Part shown: piece after piece, positions 43,252 to 54,200 of the stretch
Numbering within the stretch: position 1 is the stretch's first letter
Layout: each line of letters begins with the position of its first letter
Notes under the pieces: generated by a model
The model's input: only the letters and a program-made list of their open reading frames with translations
What the model was told of the DNA's origin: nothing
The model's database searches: none
From: Kiritimatiellia bacterium
GTDB lineage: Bacteria > Verrucomicrobiota > Kiritimatiellia > RFP12 > UBA1067
DNA length: 64,000 bases
Assembly (NCBI GenBank): GCA_050949565.1
Contig: JBMNFY010000016.1
Location: 52,032-116,031, forward strand
Direction of reading: 5' to 3'
Translations under genes and position numbers: made by a program

Positions 43252-45105
43252 TCAGTTCTCGTTCGAGTGCAGTCCGCCTGAACCGGCGTCGAACTCGATG
43301 TTGGCGCGTTCAGGATCGCCGGGCAGCGCCTTGGAGCAGCTCCAGATGCAGGCCCCGCAATGGACGCACTTTTCGCGGTCGAACTCGGGCGGGGCGCCCT
43401 CTTCTCCAGGCATTAGAGCCTGCGCAGAACAAATCTCAATGCATGTGCGCTCTGTGCAGGAGGCGCAGAGTGCGGGATCGGCGAAGGTCACGTGATTGGC
43501 GAAGCCCGCCGCGGCTTGCACCTTGCCGCCCTTGAAGAGCGCGTCCTGATGCGACATCAACAATGTGCCGTCATACGGAATCTCGGGCCAGCCGGCCAGC
43601 GTCATGATTGCATCATGGAGCGGTTGCCGCGCCTTGGCGCAGGTCTCGACCGCTTCGCTGAGTGCGGCGGGCGCGATGCGTTCGCCGTAAACGCTCGCCA
43701 GCGTCGGAATACGCTGCGAAGGGGGGACGGAGTCGACCGAGAGGTTGAGCATGCCGCGGGTCATACCGGTCATGCCGGTGCCCATCATGCCAAGCATGAA
43801 GCCCTTGCCAAAGCCGTCGCGCGCCTTCTTAGCAGCTTGCAATTCGGCATTGAGCGGATCCTGACGTCGCCGCTGCACATACGCGCCGGTCAGCGCGGCC
43901 TTGGAAAAAGGCTGATCGCGCTTAAGCAGATCGATCACCCCTTCAGCCAACAGCACGCCGCTGCGCCACGCCTCGTCTACACCTGAGTTGGTGAGCACGT
44001 TGGTCGTGCCGGAACCTTCGCCGATGCGGGCGAAGCCGTCGCCGACCAGATACGGTTCGCCGCGCACGCCGGATTCCTGCAGCGACTTCGCACCCCAGGA
44101 GCGCAGCGTGCCGCCCTGAAGATAACGCCACAGGTAGGGGTGCTGCATCCAGTGTTGCAGATAGCGGTAGGTGGTGCGAATCGGATTGTCCATCCACGAG
44201 GGCACGAAAATGCCGAGCGAAGCAGTACGGTCGGGGAAGGTGTACAGGAAACCGAAAATCTCCGGCTCTGGAAAACCCAGCGTATGCAAGACGGTGCCGG
44301 GCTTGAGATCGCAGGAGGCGGGCAGTTCAACCACCATCTTCATGCCCACGGCCCAATCGTGCTGGTGGTTCCCCGTCGGCAGACCGAAATGGCGATCCAA
44401 CTTGCGGCCGACCGCGCCGACCGGGCCATCGCCTACTACCGTCAGCCGTGCGCGGATGTCCATGCCCGGCATGTAGGCGGCTTCGGGTGCGCCCTTTACG
44501 TCTACGCCCTGATCCGCCAGCCGCACGCCGACCACCGCATCGCCTTCCAGCAACGGCGCACTGACCGGTGTGCCGGGCCAGATCTGAACGAGGCCGGAAC
44601 CCATGAGCTGTGCACCGCACCACGACATGAATGCGCCCATCGACATCACCATGCCCGGTTCCTTGCGCAGGAAAGGCGGAATCCAAGGCAATTCAGTAGC
44701 CGAAGGTGCCTTGCGCATGGCGAACTGGCCGTACTGAAAGACCCCATCCGCGAAGCGCGTGCCTGAACTGCGGCGGCTCGCGCCGACGGTGTCGAAAAGA
44801 TAGGCGACCGCCTCATGGCTGATCTCAGCCGCGTTCGGAATCTCTTTCACCAGATCGAGATCGGGGAACGAGGCGCGGATGTGACGGGCTTTGGTGACGA
44901 CGCCGGAAACACCGAACCCGATGTCGTCGGCGCGTTCGTAGCACATCACCTGCAGCGGCATGCCCGGCATCACCTTGCTCTCAAAAGCAGGCGTGCCATC
45001 GGGGTTCATCATGGCGCGGCTCAGGGTGGTCAAAAATCCGGCCGTGGCGGGGCCGAACCCCACGCACACGATATCGGCTTCCATCGATTGTCTTTCAGCG
45101 GTCAT
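43252..45105 (-). CDS. ETF-quinone oxidoreductase (FixC-FixX-like, FAD + 4Fe-4S)
   Basis: DIVCVGFGPA, YLQHWMQHP, WGAKSLQE, DREKCVHCGAC. Confidence 0.85.
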   Translation of the reverse strand: MTAERQSMEADIVCVGFGPATAGFLTTLSRAMMNPDGTPAFESKVMPGMPLQVMCYERADDIGFGVSGVVTKARHIRASFPDLDLVKEIPNAAEISHEAVAYLFDTVGASRRSSGTRFADGVFQYGQFAMRKAPSATELPWIPPFLRKEPGMVMSMGAFMSWCGAQLMGSGLVQIWPGTPVSAPLLEGDAVVGVRLADQGVDVKGAPEAAYMPGMDIRARLTVVGDGPVGAVGRKLDRHFGLPTGNHQHDWAVGMKMVVELPASCDLKPGTVLHTLGFPEPEIFGFLYTFPDRTASLGIFVPSWMDNPIRTTYRYLQHWMQHPYLWRYLQGGTLRSWGAKSLQESGVRGEPYLVGDGFARIGEGSGTTNVLTNSGVDEAWRSGVLLAEGVIDLLKRDQPFSKAALTGAYVQRRRQDPLNAELQAAKKARDGFGKGFMLGMMGTGMTGMTRGMLNLSVDSVPPSQRIPTLASVYGERIAPAALSEAVETCAKARQPLHDAIMTLAGWPEIPYDGTLLMSHQDALFKGGKVQAAAGFANHVTFADPALCASCTERTCIEICSAQALMPGEEGAPPEFDREKCVHCGACIWSCSKALPGDPERANIEFDAGSGGLHSNEN

Positions 45106-45213
45106 GGATTGTCCTTTTGTACACGCTTTCTATCATCTCTCAAGTGCGGTCATCATACAGGGCACCAACAAATCCTGTCAATGAAGACAGTTCAATGTGT
45201 GCGAACGGGCGCG

Positions 45214-48090
45214 TCATGGATCGGAGAACGAAAGAGTCACCGGCCCCATCAGGCCCGAGGGCTGGAGCATGTCTTCGGAGGAGAAACCGGCGTAGGGCCG
45301 TAGCGTGTATTCGCCGCCTTTGCGGGGACCGTTACGCAACGCCATGTTGCTCTGCGTGATGCGTTGCTCCGGAGGCAGGGCGGCATCGCCGACCAACCGG
45401 TTGGCCCACGGGTTGGTGACCTCAATCTCCAATGCGTTGGCTCCGGCCTTCAGCGTACCGGTCAACTCGACCTGCCACGGCGCGGTCCAGATCACGTCGA
45501 GGTCTTTGCCGTTCAGCCGCACCTGCGCAAGCGCCGCCACCGTGCCGAGATGCAACACGGCCGTACGGCCAGCTTGTTCAGCGGTGACTTCGAAGGTCTT
45601 GCGGTAGGTGGCTGTTCCCGAGAAGTATTTGATGCCGGGGTCGTTGTGCTTGCTCCAGTCGATCAGCGTGTCGAACATCGCCTTGGCAGGAGCGCCGCGA
45701 CCCGCCTGGAACGCCACTTCCCACGGGCCGGGGAGGGTTTCTGGTTTCAGGGTTTCTGGTTTCAGGGTTTCTGGTTTCTGGGATTCAGGGTTTCTGGTTT
45801 CAGGTTTCAGGGTTTCAGGGTTTCTGGTTTCAGGTTTCAGGGTTTCAGCGCTGGGGGTGGGGCTGTTTCTAAACACCACGAAGATTGAGCCGTGTTCCGG
45901 CAGGTCGAGCGTCAGACGCGTGCGGCTGTCGGGTGTGGTCTCGAAGGGCACCGTCTTAATCGTGCCGTGTACCGCGTCCCATAGTTCGGGTTGCCGACCG
46001 CTGACACGGAAGGTGCAGGCGGCTTGGCCGCTGCCCAACAGGAAGTAGATGTCGGTGTCGGCGTCGCGCCGGTGGGTGTATTCGAACGGACCTTCAAAGT
46101 CGGGCGCGAGTTTCAGTGCTTTCAACGTATCAGCGACACTCGCGGCGGGTGCGGTGGACTCTCCCCACAGCGTAGCGGCCAGACGCTTGACCTCGTCATC
46201 GCTGCCGCTTCGACCGGCCACGCGCGTGGGTCGGCGCGCGCCCAAAAGGACTGTTGCGCCAGCTTTTCGTAGTTCGGCAATCTTACGCAAGACGGCCGGT
46301 GTGGCGCGCTCGTTGTCGAAGTCGACTGCGAGCAGGCGGTAGCTCATGCCATCGGGCAGTGTGATCCGACCGTCCTTGACCGACGCGCGCGTGAGCAGCA
46401 CCTCGTTGTTGAAGATGTCATATCCGTAGCCGGTCGGCAGGGTGAGCGTGGCATTAGCGCTCCAGTTGGTGGTGTGGCGTCCCCAGTGCTGATACGGCAG
46501 GTCACCCACGTACGCCGCGACATCGGCTACGAAGAGACCGCGCTGCAGCAGGTGTTGGCAGCGGCCGAGGTAGGTGATGAAGGGCGCAGACTGCTCAAAC
46601 CAAGTGACGTTGGGATTGAGGTGCGTGCCGGCAAAGTACTCGATGCCGGGCTTGCCGAAGGCTTTGGGCGAACAGGTGAAGGTGTGCCAGATCAGATGGT
46701 TGACGCCGTCGATGAAACTCTCGTCGCCGCTGCGTTTGAGGATCGCGGGGTAGGGGGTCCAGTGGCGTGCCATGTGGGTGAAGGCTTCAGCCGCCGCGCG
46801 TCGGCGTCCGTAGACGTGCGCGGTGATGGCCTGCGGGCGGCTGAGTTGTCGGCCGCGCCGGTCGTTCGCGCCGGTATACCAGAATTCGCCCTGCGGCATG
46901 TCGTTGACGCCCAGGAACTCAAGTTGATCGGCCTCGCCGAGAACAGCGGGCTTGCGGGTCCAAGGCCCCCCTGATTCTGAGTGCCACTGGAGGCCGTACT
47001 GATGCGAGAGGCGCACCATGGTGCCGTAGAAGTTGTGGAGGAAGCAGTCGTTGCGCGTGCGGCGGTAGTCGGTCACGAAGCGTGCGGTCTGTTCGTCGTC
47101 TTGCACGCGGAACCCCGCCAGTACCGGTAGCCAGGGACGCACATCATAGCCGCGGAATTTCTTGAAGTCCGCTTCGAAGGAGGGCGTCCAAGAGGGTACG
47201 GCACCCTCCCAACTTACGTTGTAGAAGTGGGTGAGGGTTTTGCCGGCGAGCGGTCCGATATCATCCAGAAGCGCCTTGCCCATGCGGTTGAAGTGACCTT
47301 CGACAGCCTTGGCGTCGAGGATGTCCACGTCATACTCGTGTCCGTCCATCACGGTGTAGCCGAAGCGTAGCAACGCGGCATGGACGCCATTAGGCAAGGT
47401 CTCATTCAGCAGCGTTTCTTCCTTGGCCGCTGTGACCGGTCCGGTGAGTTCTTGGATCTGCACGGCCGTGTGGGTGACCGCGTCTATCGCATTGCCAACG
47501 CGCCTGCCATACCAGTCGTCAAACGGGCCATCACCCGCGTTGCGCCACTCGGTGGCGGACAACTCGTCACCTGTGTAGTGGACCTTGAAGGCGGCCACAT
47601 CCTTGAAATGAGCAAGAGGCGCGGGCTTGGCCAGCAGCTCCGTAAGTCCGGGACGTAGCGGCAGGAGTTGGTAGACCAATCGTTTGGGCGCGTCCGCACC
47701 GACCTCCCAAGGGCCTTTGAGTGCGCCCGCGCAACTGCTCAGGTTCACACTGACGGTGAGCCCGACCCGCGCGGCCTCGCGCACCGTATGCGTGACCATG
47801 GCGCGCCAGGTCTCGCTCATGAACTCCATCTTCGGCTTGGGATAGATGAGGTGGTTGACGTCCTCGTGGTATCCGCGCGCGTCAAAGAGCAGGATGCCAC
47901 CGAAGCCGATGCGCCGCATCGCCTCCAGATCGCGTGTGATCGTTTCGGTGTCCACGTTGCCGTTGACCCACCAGTAGTAACACCAGGGCCTCTCCGCCAT
48001 CGGCACTTCGCGGAAACCCTGTTCCAACGTGTCGGCACCCGTTCCCAGCACCGCTGCCAAAACGATTCCCAAAAACACAACTTTTTTCAT
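45214..48090 (-). CDS. GH106-like glycoside hydrolase (alpha-L-rhamnosidase-like) with sugar-binding domain
   Basis: RPWCYYWWVNGN, DMPQGEFW, AAEAFT, KYFSGTATY, SGLMGPV. Confidence 0.82.
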   Translation of the reverse strand: MKKVVFLGIVLAAVLGTGADTLEQGFREVPMAERPWCYYWWVNGNVDTETITRDLEAMRRIGFGGILLFDARGYHEDVNHLIYPKPKMEFMSETWRAMVTHTVREAARVGLTVSVNLSSCAGALKGPWEVGADAPKRLVYQLLPLRPGLTELLAKPAPLAHFKDVAAFKVHYTGDELSATEWRNAGDGPFDDWYGRRVGNAIDAVTHTAVQIQELTGPVTAAKEETLLNETLPNGVHAALLRFGYTVMDGHEYDVDILDAKAVEGHFNRMGKALLDDIGPLAGKTLTHFYNVSWEGAVPSWTPSFEADFKKFRGYDVRPWLPVLAGFRVQDDEQTARFVTDYRRTRNDCFLHNFYGTMVRLSHQYGLQWHSESGGPWTRKPAVLGEADQLEFLGVNDMPQGEFWYTGANDRRGRQLSRPQAITAHVYGRRRAAAEAFTHMARHWTPYPAILKRSGDESFIDGVNHLIWHTFTCSPKAFGKPGIEYFAGTHLNPNVTWFEQSAPFITYLGRCQHLLQRGLFVADVAAYVGDLPYQHWGRHTTNWSANATLTLPTGYGYDIFNNEVLLTRASVKDGRITLPDGMSYRLLAVDFDNERATPAVLRKIAELRKAGATVLLGARRPTRVAGRSGSDDEVKRLAATLWGESTAPAASVADTLKALKLAPDFEGPFEYTHRRDADTDIYFLLGSGQAACTFRVSGRQPELWDAVHGTIKTVPFETTPDSRTRLTLDLPEHGSIFVVFRNSPTPSAETLKPETRNPETLKPETRNPESQKPETLKPETLKPETLPGPWEVAFQAGRGAPAKAMFDTLIDWSKHNDPGIKYFSGTATYRKTFEVTAEQAGRTAVLHLGTVAALAQVRLNGKDLDVIWTAPWQVELTGTLKAGANALEIEVTNPWANRLVGDAALPPEQRITQSNMALRNGPRKGGEYTLRPYAGFSSEDMLQPSGLMGPVTLSFSDP
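45735..45848. repeat. In-frame GGTTTCA(G)/GGTTTCT tandem repeat encoding (ETLKP/ETRNP) x~7
   Basis: Protein reads SAETLKPETRNPETLKPETRNPESQKPETLKPETLKPETLPG. Confidence 0.92.
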
Positions 48091-48159
48091 TTTGCACGTC
48101 CTCTCTTGGTTTAAAGGCGATCGATTATAATCGAAAGCATTACTTTGTTACTTTCATCC

Positions 48160-51100
48160 TCACTTCATGTAGCTCCTCAACTCATAAGCCTCAAGTTTGA
48201 GTGTCGTCGCACCATGGAAATTCTTGTTACTGATGAGATCGACTGTTCCCTCAGGGAAGTCGAACGTGATAGAACGTGGACCGTTATCGGTGTTGAGGAC
48301 ATAGAAATACGTTTTGCCGCGAAAGGATGCTGTGCGGATCTTGACGAACGCATTGCCGCCGCAATCAGACATCTTCACCGCCGGCAACGCACGGAACGCG
48401 CGCATCCAAGGGACGAGCACATCTTCCGTGCCGTAGGTGCCGACAAGAAATCCGCCTTTCGAATGTGCGAGGACATCCGTGTAGCGCATGGGTAACGCAT
48501 AGGCACGCAGTGCGTCGCGTCCCGAGGGATTCACCGTCGATACTCGCCACGGACATTCCTTCAGCCACGGTACGCGCATCGGCCCGTGTTTGTCGTCGCG
48601 GTAATAGAGGCCATGGCAGTTGACGTCTTTTGTCGCTGCGGTGTGACTCTCCCAATAACGGTCGTGTTGGTTGATCCAAGGATAGGTCGTCAGATAGATC
48701 GAACCGAAATCCCCTCTCCGCGAGTACATCACTCGGTGGATGGGCTCAGATGTCGCGAATGTGTCGCCCCAGCGTCCGCGATCCTTCGGGTTGGTCGGAT
48801 CGAGCGGACCGAACCAGCGGTAGTCCGCCGGCATTTCCGACTGGCAGATCGCGATGTTCGACACGTCCGCAAGCTTGCGCGCGTCCAGTCCGGCGCGGCG
48901 GTTGGCCGTCTCGAGGAAGTCGCTCTTCGTGAAGTCGGCATGACGGCAATCGGGGAGCAGAAACGAGTTGATGACGAGCTTCAAGTCGGGACGCGCCGCT
49001 GCGAGACGGCGTGCGATCTCGCGGTAGAACTCCGCTATCTTCTCGCAGCGCCAATCGATCCATTCGTCGAAGGCATTGGCTTTGATCCAGTCGGCGTACA
49101 CCTTGCCGCGCAGCGGATCACCGTCCGCCTCGGGCACGGGTACCTTGCGTTCGCGTGCGAAAGCCTTGACCGCATAGTCGTTGTAGCCGCCCGTTTCATT
49201 GCCGAACCACAGGAGTGAATGACGCGTCAGATGGAGGACAATTCCCTTGAAGGATGGATGACCTTTGCCTTCGGCGATGAAAGTGTCGACGCTGTCCAAC
49301 ACGTTTTTCTGAACCGCCGGATGCAGCGCGTTGTAGGAGGTGGGGCGCCCGTGAAAGGCACCGCTTGAGATGCGGCCGTCATTCATGATCGTCAACGGCG
49401 AGTCATGGCAAGTGCCGTCTTTGCCGGGTGCAAGACAGATGTCGGCCGTAGTCATTGGCAGGTGAAACTGGTTGATTGTCGGCAGGTAGTAGATGCCCGC
49501 GCGATCAAACTTTTCGAGATAGGCCCGGCGGTAGTCGGCGAGATGCGACCGCGGCGAGTACACCTCGCCCATGAGACCGCCGTACCAGCAACCGGGATAA
49601 CAGAAGACGTTCTGACCGGTGAATTTCATTGTGGCGATCAAGCGGTCGAGCATCGGGCCGATCGACTTCTCATCGCCGCCGTCTCCGTCAACCGCGAAGT
49701 TGTAGCCAACCGAGACATCCTCGAAGTAGTGGGCGAACGTGCGACGCCAACCGTCGTCGTTGGCGGGCGGTTCCTTAATGTCCGCTTGCGGCAACCTTCC
49801 ACTTTTGACACGGTAGAGACGGATCTCGGAAATCGCTGCCGGTGCTTCGCCACGGCAGGTCATCGTCGAGAGCGTGACATCGCGCCCGCGCCGCCAGTAG
49901 ATATAGCGATCAGTCAGGATCTTGCCCGTATTTGGATACTCGTCACCACAGGCGATGCCCATCTGCAGGATGTAGTCGGCACCCTTGGTGCCATCCCAGC
50001 GTGTTTCCTGCGAGCCCTGCACCACGACGTCCATCGTGCGTTTCGTGTCGTCTGGATAGTCAACGTCGAAGACGTAGATCGGCGCGTCATCATCCGGTAG
50101 GATGAACCGGTACGCCCAACGGTCTTCTGCCTTGCGTCCCGCTTCGAGGTATTTAATACCGTTGAGTTCGCCGACGCGAACCTCGCCGCGAGATATGAAA
50201 CGGTTCGTGTCAGTCGGGATCGCGTCGAACTTCACGGTCTCGATAAGATCGAGATCAGGTATCTCGCCGCCCTTCCCGAACGGCTCGGCAACATAGGGGT
50301 TGGCGCCGTCCTTTTCGAAACGCTTTCCAACAGGCACCGCTTTTTTCGGCAGCGGAATGCCGCTTGCGGCGATTCGAGCGTTGATCTCTTCCGCCGTCAG
50401 CGGCGCGGACCAGATCTCAAGCTCGTCCATGGCGCCGTCCATGAACTGCGAGCCCCCTTTCCCGCCGACGAAGAACGTTGTCGGCAGGCAACGGGTCGAG
50501 AAACTCAGCGAGCCGCCGTCGCGAACGGCGGGAAGAGGGAACTTCCGCTGTGCGGCCTTGAAGAGGCTCGATGCATTGCGCGTGTTCCGCGTGATTTCCT
50601 TGCCGTTGAGAAAGATCGACGCTCCCAGCTCACTCCAGTTGAAAACGAGATGGTTCCATTCTTCGGACAATCTCGCGTTGCTGACGACATAGGAGTCGTC
50701 ATCATCGGATACATCCGCCCGTAGCTGGGAGCCATAGCGCCAGAACCAAAGCTCCCCGCTGCCGCAACGCGGTTTTCGCGGCTCTGTGCAGATGAAACAA
50801 CGGTAGCTTTGCGCATCCGATCGGTCATACAAGGTTTTATTCGGTTTGTACCAGAACGAGACCGCGCCGCGCTCGGGCACGAGATTGCCCTCAACAGCGT
50901 AGCCGAGCGCCGAATTTTTTCCAGACAACATTTCGAGCGCTTGTCCCTTCACCCCCGGAACAAACTTGAGGTTCCGCGTGAGTTTGAGCGGCTCGGCCAT
51001 GCCCCCGGCGAAGTCAGCCTTGGCCGTGCCATCGAAACCAACTTTGAAGAGCAGCCTGGTCGACCCTTGCGCCGACGCAATTCCCGGGGGGAGCTGCTCG

Positions 51101-51222
51101 TTTTTGCCGATGGTCGGGGCATGAACGACATCCTCCCCGATCCTGTTGGCAGCAAACCCACTCACGGCACTGGAAACAAGTGCCAGCACCACCATTTCTT
51201 TGATAGCCATCGTCATTTCCAT
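48160..51222 (-). CDS. Secreted LamG-domain protein with a putative TIM-barrel glycoside hydrolase domain
   Basis: GAVSFWYKP, WNHLVFNW, DGAMDELEIWSAPLT; GGYND, WIDWRCEKI...ARPDLKL. Confidence 0.65.
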   Translation of the reverse strand: MEMTMAIKEMVVLALVSSAVSGFAANRIGEDVVHAPTIGKNEQLPPGIASAQGSTRLLFKVGFDGTAKADFAGGMAEPLKLTRNLKFVPGVKGQALEMLSGKNSALGYAVEGNLVPERGAVSFWYKPNKTLYDRSDAQSYRCFICTEPRKPRCGSGELWFWRYGSQLRADVSDDDDSYVVSNARLSEEWNHLVFNWSELGASIFLNGKEITRNTRNASSLFKAAQRKFPLPAVRDGGSLSFSTRCLPTTFFVGGKGGSQFMDGAMDELEIWSAPLTAEEINARIAASGIPLPKKAVPVGKRFEKDGANPYVAEPFGKGGEIPDLDLIETVKFDAIPTDTNRFISRGEVRVGELNGIKYLEAGRKAEDRWAYRFILPDDDAPIYVFDVDYPDDTKRTMDVVVQGSQETRWDGTKGADYILQMGIACGDEYPNTGKILTDRYIYWRRGRDVTLSTMTCRGEAPAAISEIRLYRVKSGRLPQADIKEPPANDDGWRRTFAHYFEDVSVGYNFAVDGDGGDEKSIGPMLDRLIATMKFTGQNVFCYPGCWYGGLMGEVYSPRSHLADYRRAYLEKFDRAGIYYLPTINQFHLPMTTADICLAPGKDGTCHDSPLTIMNDGRISSGAFHGRPTSYNALHPAVQKNVLDSVDTFIAEGKGHPSFKGIVLHLTRHSLLWFGNETGGYNDYAVKAFARERKVPVPEADGDPLRGKVYADWIKANAFDEWIDWRCEKIAEFYREIARRLAAARPDLKLVINSFLLPDCRHADFTKSDFLETANRRAGLDARKLADVSNIAICQSEMPADYRWFGPLDPTNPKDRGRWGDTFATSEPIHRVMYSRRGDFGSIYLTTYPWINQHDRYWESHTAATKDVNCHGLYYRDDKHGPMRVPWLKECPWRVSTVNPSGRDALRAYALPMRYTDVLAHSKGGFLVGTYGTEDVLVPWMRAFRALPAVKMSDCGGNAFVKIRTASFRGKTYFYVLNTDNGPRSITFDFPEGTVDLISNKNFHGATTLKLEAYELRSYMK

Positions 51223-51223
51223 C

Positions 51224-54200
51224 TTACCGGAGTATAACCGTGGTTCCTTTGCGAGCCCCGGTTACCAAAATCTTACCGGGTCCCGTCACATACTCGGGAC
51301 AAGTTTCGCTCGTAACCTCGTTGTAGAGGCGTTTGCCGTTGATGCGCAACGACTCCACGTTCAGCGTTCCGACGTAATCAAGACGTACACGGCCGTCGGC
51401 ATTTATCAGCTCCAACTCGGCGTCAGGCGCGATGTCCGGCACGCGCTGTGTGTCCAACACCTTGCGGACCGAAATGCAGTCCGTGAGCGAGTCGTATCCT
51501 GTTCCCGCGTCTGGATTGAAGCCGATATTGTACGTGCCGGCCGTCTTCACTTCAAAGAGCGCCGTCGTCTCATAGAAGTTGGTGCTCCAAAGCGTATCAC
51601 CTGTAACGATCACATTAGTCGTTGCGGCACCGTCTGCGGCATACCAGAAGTGAAGCTTGCAGACGGCGCTCGGTGTCCCATCACCCTCGCCATGGACATA
51701 GTCGCAACGGGCGCGACTCCAGTAGGAGAGACGGTAGACGCCCTGTTCAAGCATTACCGGCTGATAGGCACGTGCCGCATTAAATGCACGAGCAGCATAA
51801 TAGCCATCGCAGTACGTCGAGCCCCAGAATGAATCGGTCGGGTTGAGCAGGTCCACACGGTGTGCCGTGCCGTCGTTGTAGTTATCTCGCGTCCAGTTTG
51901 ACCCGCCGGAACCACCGTCCAATTCGAAGCTGCCGTCCTTGATGAGTTCGGGGCCGAGCCCCGCCACCACGGCGTCCTCAACCTTCACGAACTCGAAGTC
52001 GTCAACGACCGAGAAGGACCAGCCGACGAGCTGGTCAAGGAATACGGTCACCGAATCGCCTTCCGCGACTGTGAAGGCGTTAGGGAAGGTATAGGCTTTT
52101 TCGGCAAAGGTGGAGATCGCATCGGACTCGCCGAGGTCAACCGTATCGGTATCGTTGATCGTCACTTGCGCCGTATAAACAGCGAGGTTTTTGCCGCAAC
52201 GCCGGTTGTTGGTAGCGGGATTGATGCCAACTTTATCGAAATTCGTCGGGCCTGTCGTCATGCGACAGGCTTTCATCCGGAGTTTCCATGTTCCGGCCGG
52301 AAGCGTTGTCGCGGGGCTTGTCGCTGTGTTGCGGACCTGCGACACCGAGTTGGTGTGAATCCACATGAGCGCGTTGTCGCCGTAGCGGCCGAGTTCATGC
52401 GCACGGAATTCAAAGTCATAACCCGTCGAGGTTACCGCGAACCCCATCATGCCGTTGATGATCGTTTGGACAGCCGGATTCTGCGGAAGCCCGCCGTTCG
52501 TAAGTGTCCAGCCACTGTAACCGTTGTTGTCACGGCTCGCGAAATAAGCCTTGTTAAACGTCATGTTCTCGAAATCGCCATGGGTCATGGGCACTACGGT
52601 TTCGCGCTGGATATTCGGCACATACTCGAAGGCGAGGTTGCTCACCGTCGCGGCGAATGTGCTCGACAAATACCCCGCAAATTTGAGTGTATACGTTCCT
52701 GCGACAAGACCACGCGCCAGATAGCGGCGGTGCTGAACTTTGCCGCCGACCTCAGAGGGCTTCACCGTAAGCGCGATCTTCTGCATCAAAAGCGCATTGT
52801 CGCTGTTGTAGAGCTGTACATAGTAACTCGCATTCCGCCCATCGGTCCAAGCGCTGCCGGTCTTGAACGTACATGCATTCTCAAAATCGAACGAAAACTC
52901 CCAGTCGCCGACTGTAGGAATGGTGACAGAAACCGTCGCTCCGCCCGTACCGGCCGGAACAGAAAGCGAGGATCCGGAAAGTGTTGCCAACGCGGAATCG
53001 TTCGTCTTGTAACTCACCGGATTGACTACTGGCGCACGGAGAATGATGTCACCCACCGAGGAAACAGCCGTCAGTTTCGTCGTCGGTACGCGGTCGAGAA
53101 CGAGTGCGCGCTGAGCGCCGGTAACGACGATTTCTCCCGCCGTGCCGTCCGCAGCGTTGGCGACCGTGCGGACGAGGTCAGACGAATCGTCAATGGTGAT
53201 CCTGTCGCCGTCCATAAGCTTAAGCGAATATTCTGTGCCTTCTACGTTCAACTGTTCGCCAGACGTACTGAGACGATAATGTTTCAATTGGTGTCGATCT
53301 TGGTACTTGAGGGAGGGGGAGAAGGAGTCCGACGTTGTACCGATCATGGCGTCGCCGATGATATTGATCTGATCCAGCAGACCCCCTTCGGCTTTGACCA
53401 GCATACCGTTGACACCGTTGACCGTGATCTTGTTTTGGCCTTGGTTGACCTCCCATTTCTGGAGGAGATATGCGGTCACTTGCGCACGTTCAGAAGCCGT
53501 CAGATGCCGTGTGAAGATGACAAGCTCGTGGAGATAACGCCCCCCCCGATGCCAGACTACGATCGCGGAAAATCGAGTCGATAGGAATCGTACGGCCAGA
53601 ACACGTCGTGAACTCACACAGGTGTCTCTTGTTCGCGCCGAGCGCAACCGCTGGATCGGCCACGGCACCGTTATGGCGGAACTCGCATTGATACGCCTGC
53701 CAGAGCGCATTGCCTTCGTCCGAGAGCACCGTTCCCTTCCCGGGATTCGTAAAAAAGTATCCCGCAGACTTGTTGCCGAGCACTGGCGCAAAATGGAGGT
53801 TGTCATCGAGCGCCATTACATAGAAGGCATCGCACATCGCGTATGAAGCGTCACTCCCTGTCGCAGTCTTGAGTTCAAGCGACTTGTGGAGCTGGCTTAC
53901 GTGTCCGACGAACGAAAGTGCCGGTTTGTCATCGAAGGTCATGGTTGTGGGTCCTCTCAGACTTCCGGAAACAGTCGAATTCGTCGTGGCGTAGCCATAA
54001 TTGACGGCTGCGGCGGAATTTTCACGCGCGTCATACCAGCCGATGACGTCGCCGACGTCATCGACCGAGACGTTTTTCTCGGCTGTGAGCCAGATCGCGG
54101 CATCCTGAAGAACCGCCGGCGGGGTCGTGACGTAATCGGGTGTCACCCCGGCCGTGAGGTTCAACGTACCGTTCAAGAGTCCCAACTCAAAACCGTCACC

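Noticed and set aside
48121-48134. TCGATTATAATCGA palindrome as an operator
   Set aside because: A single occurrence with no second site to support it; may simply be a -10 region.
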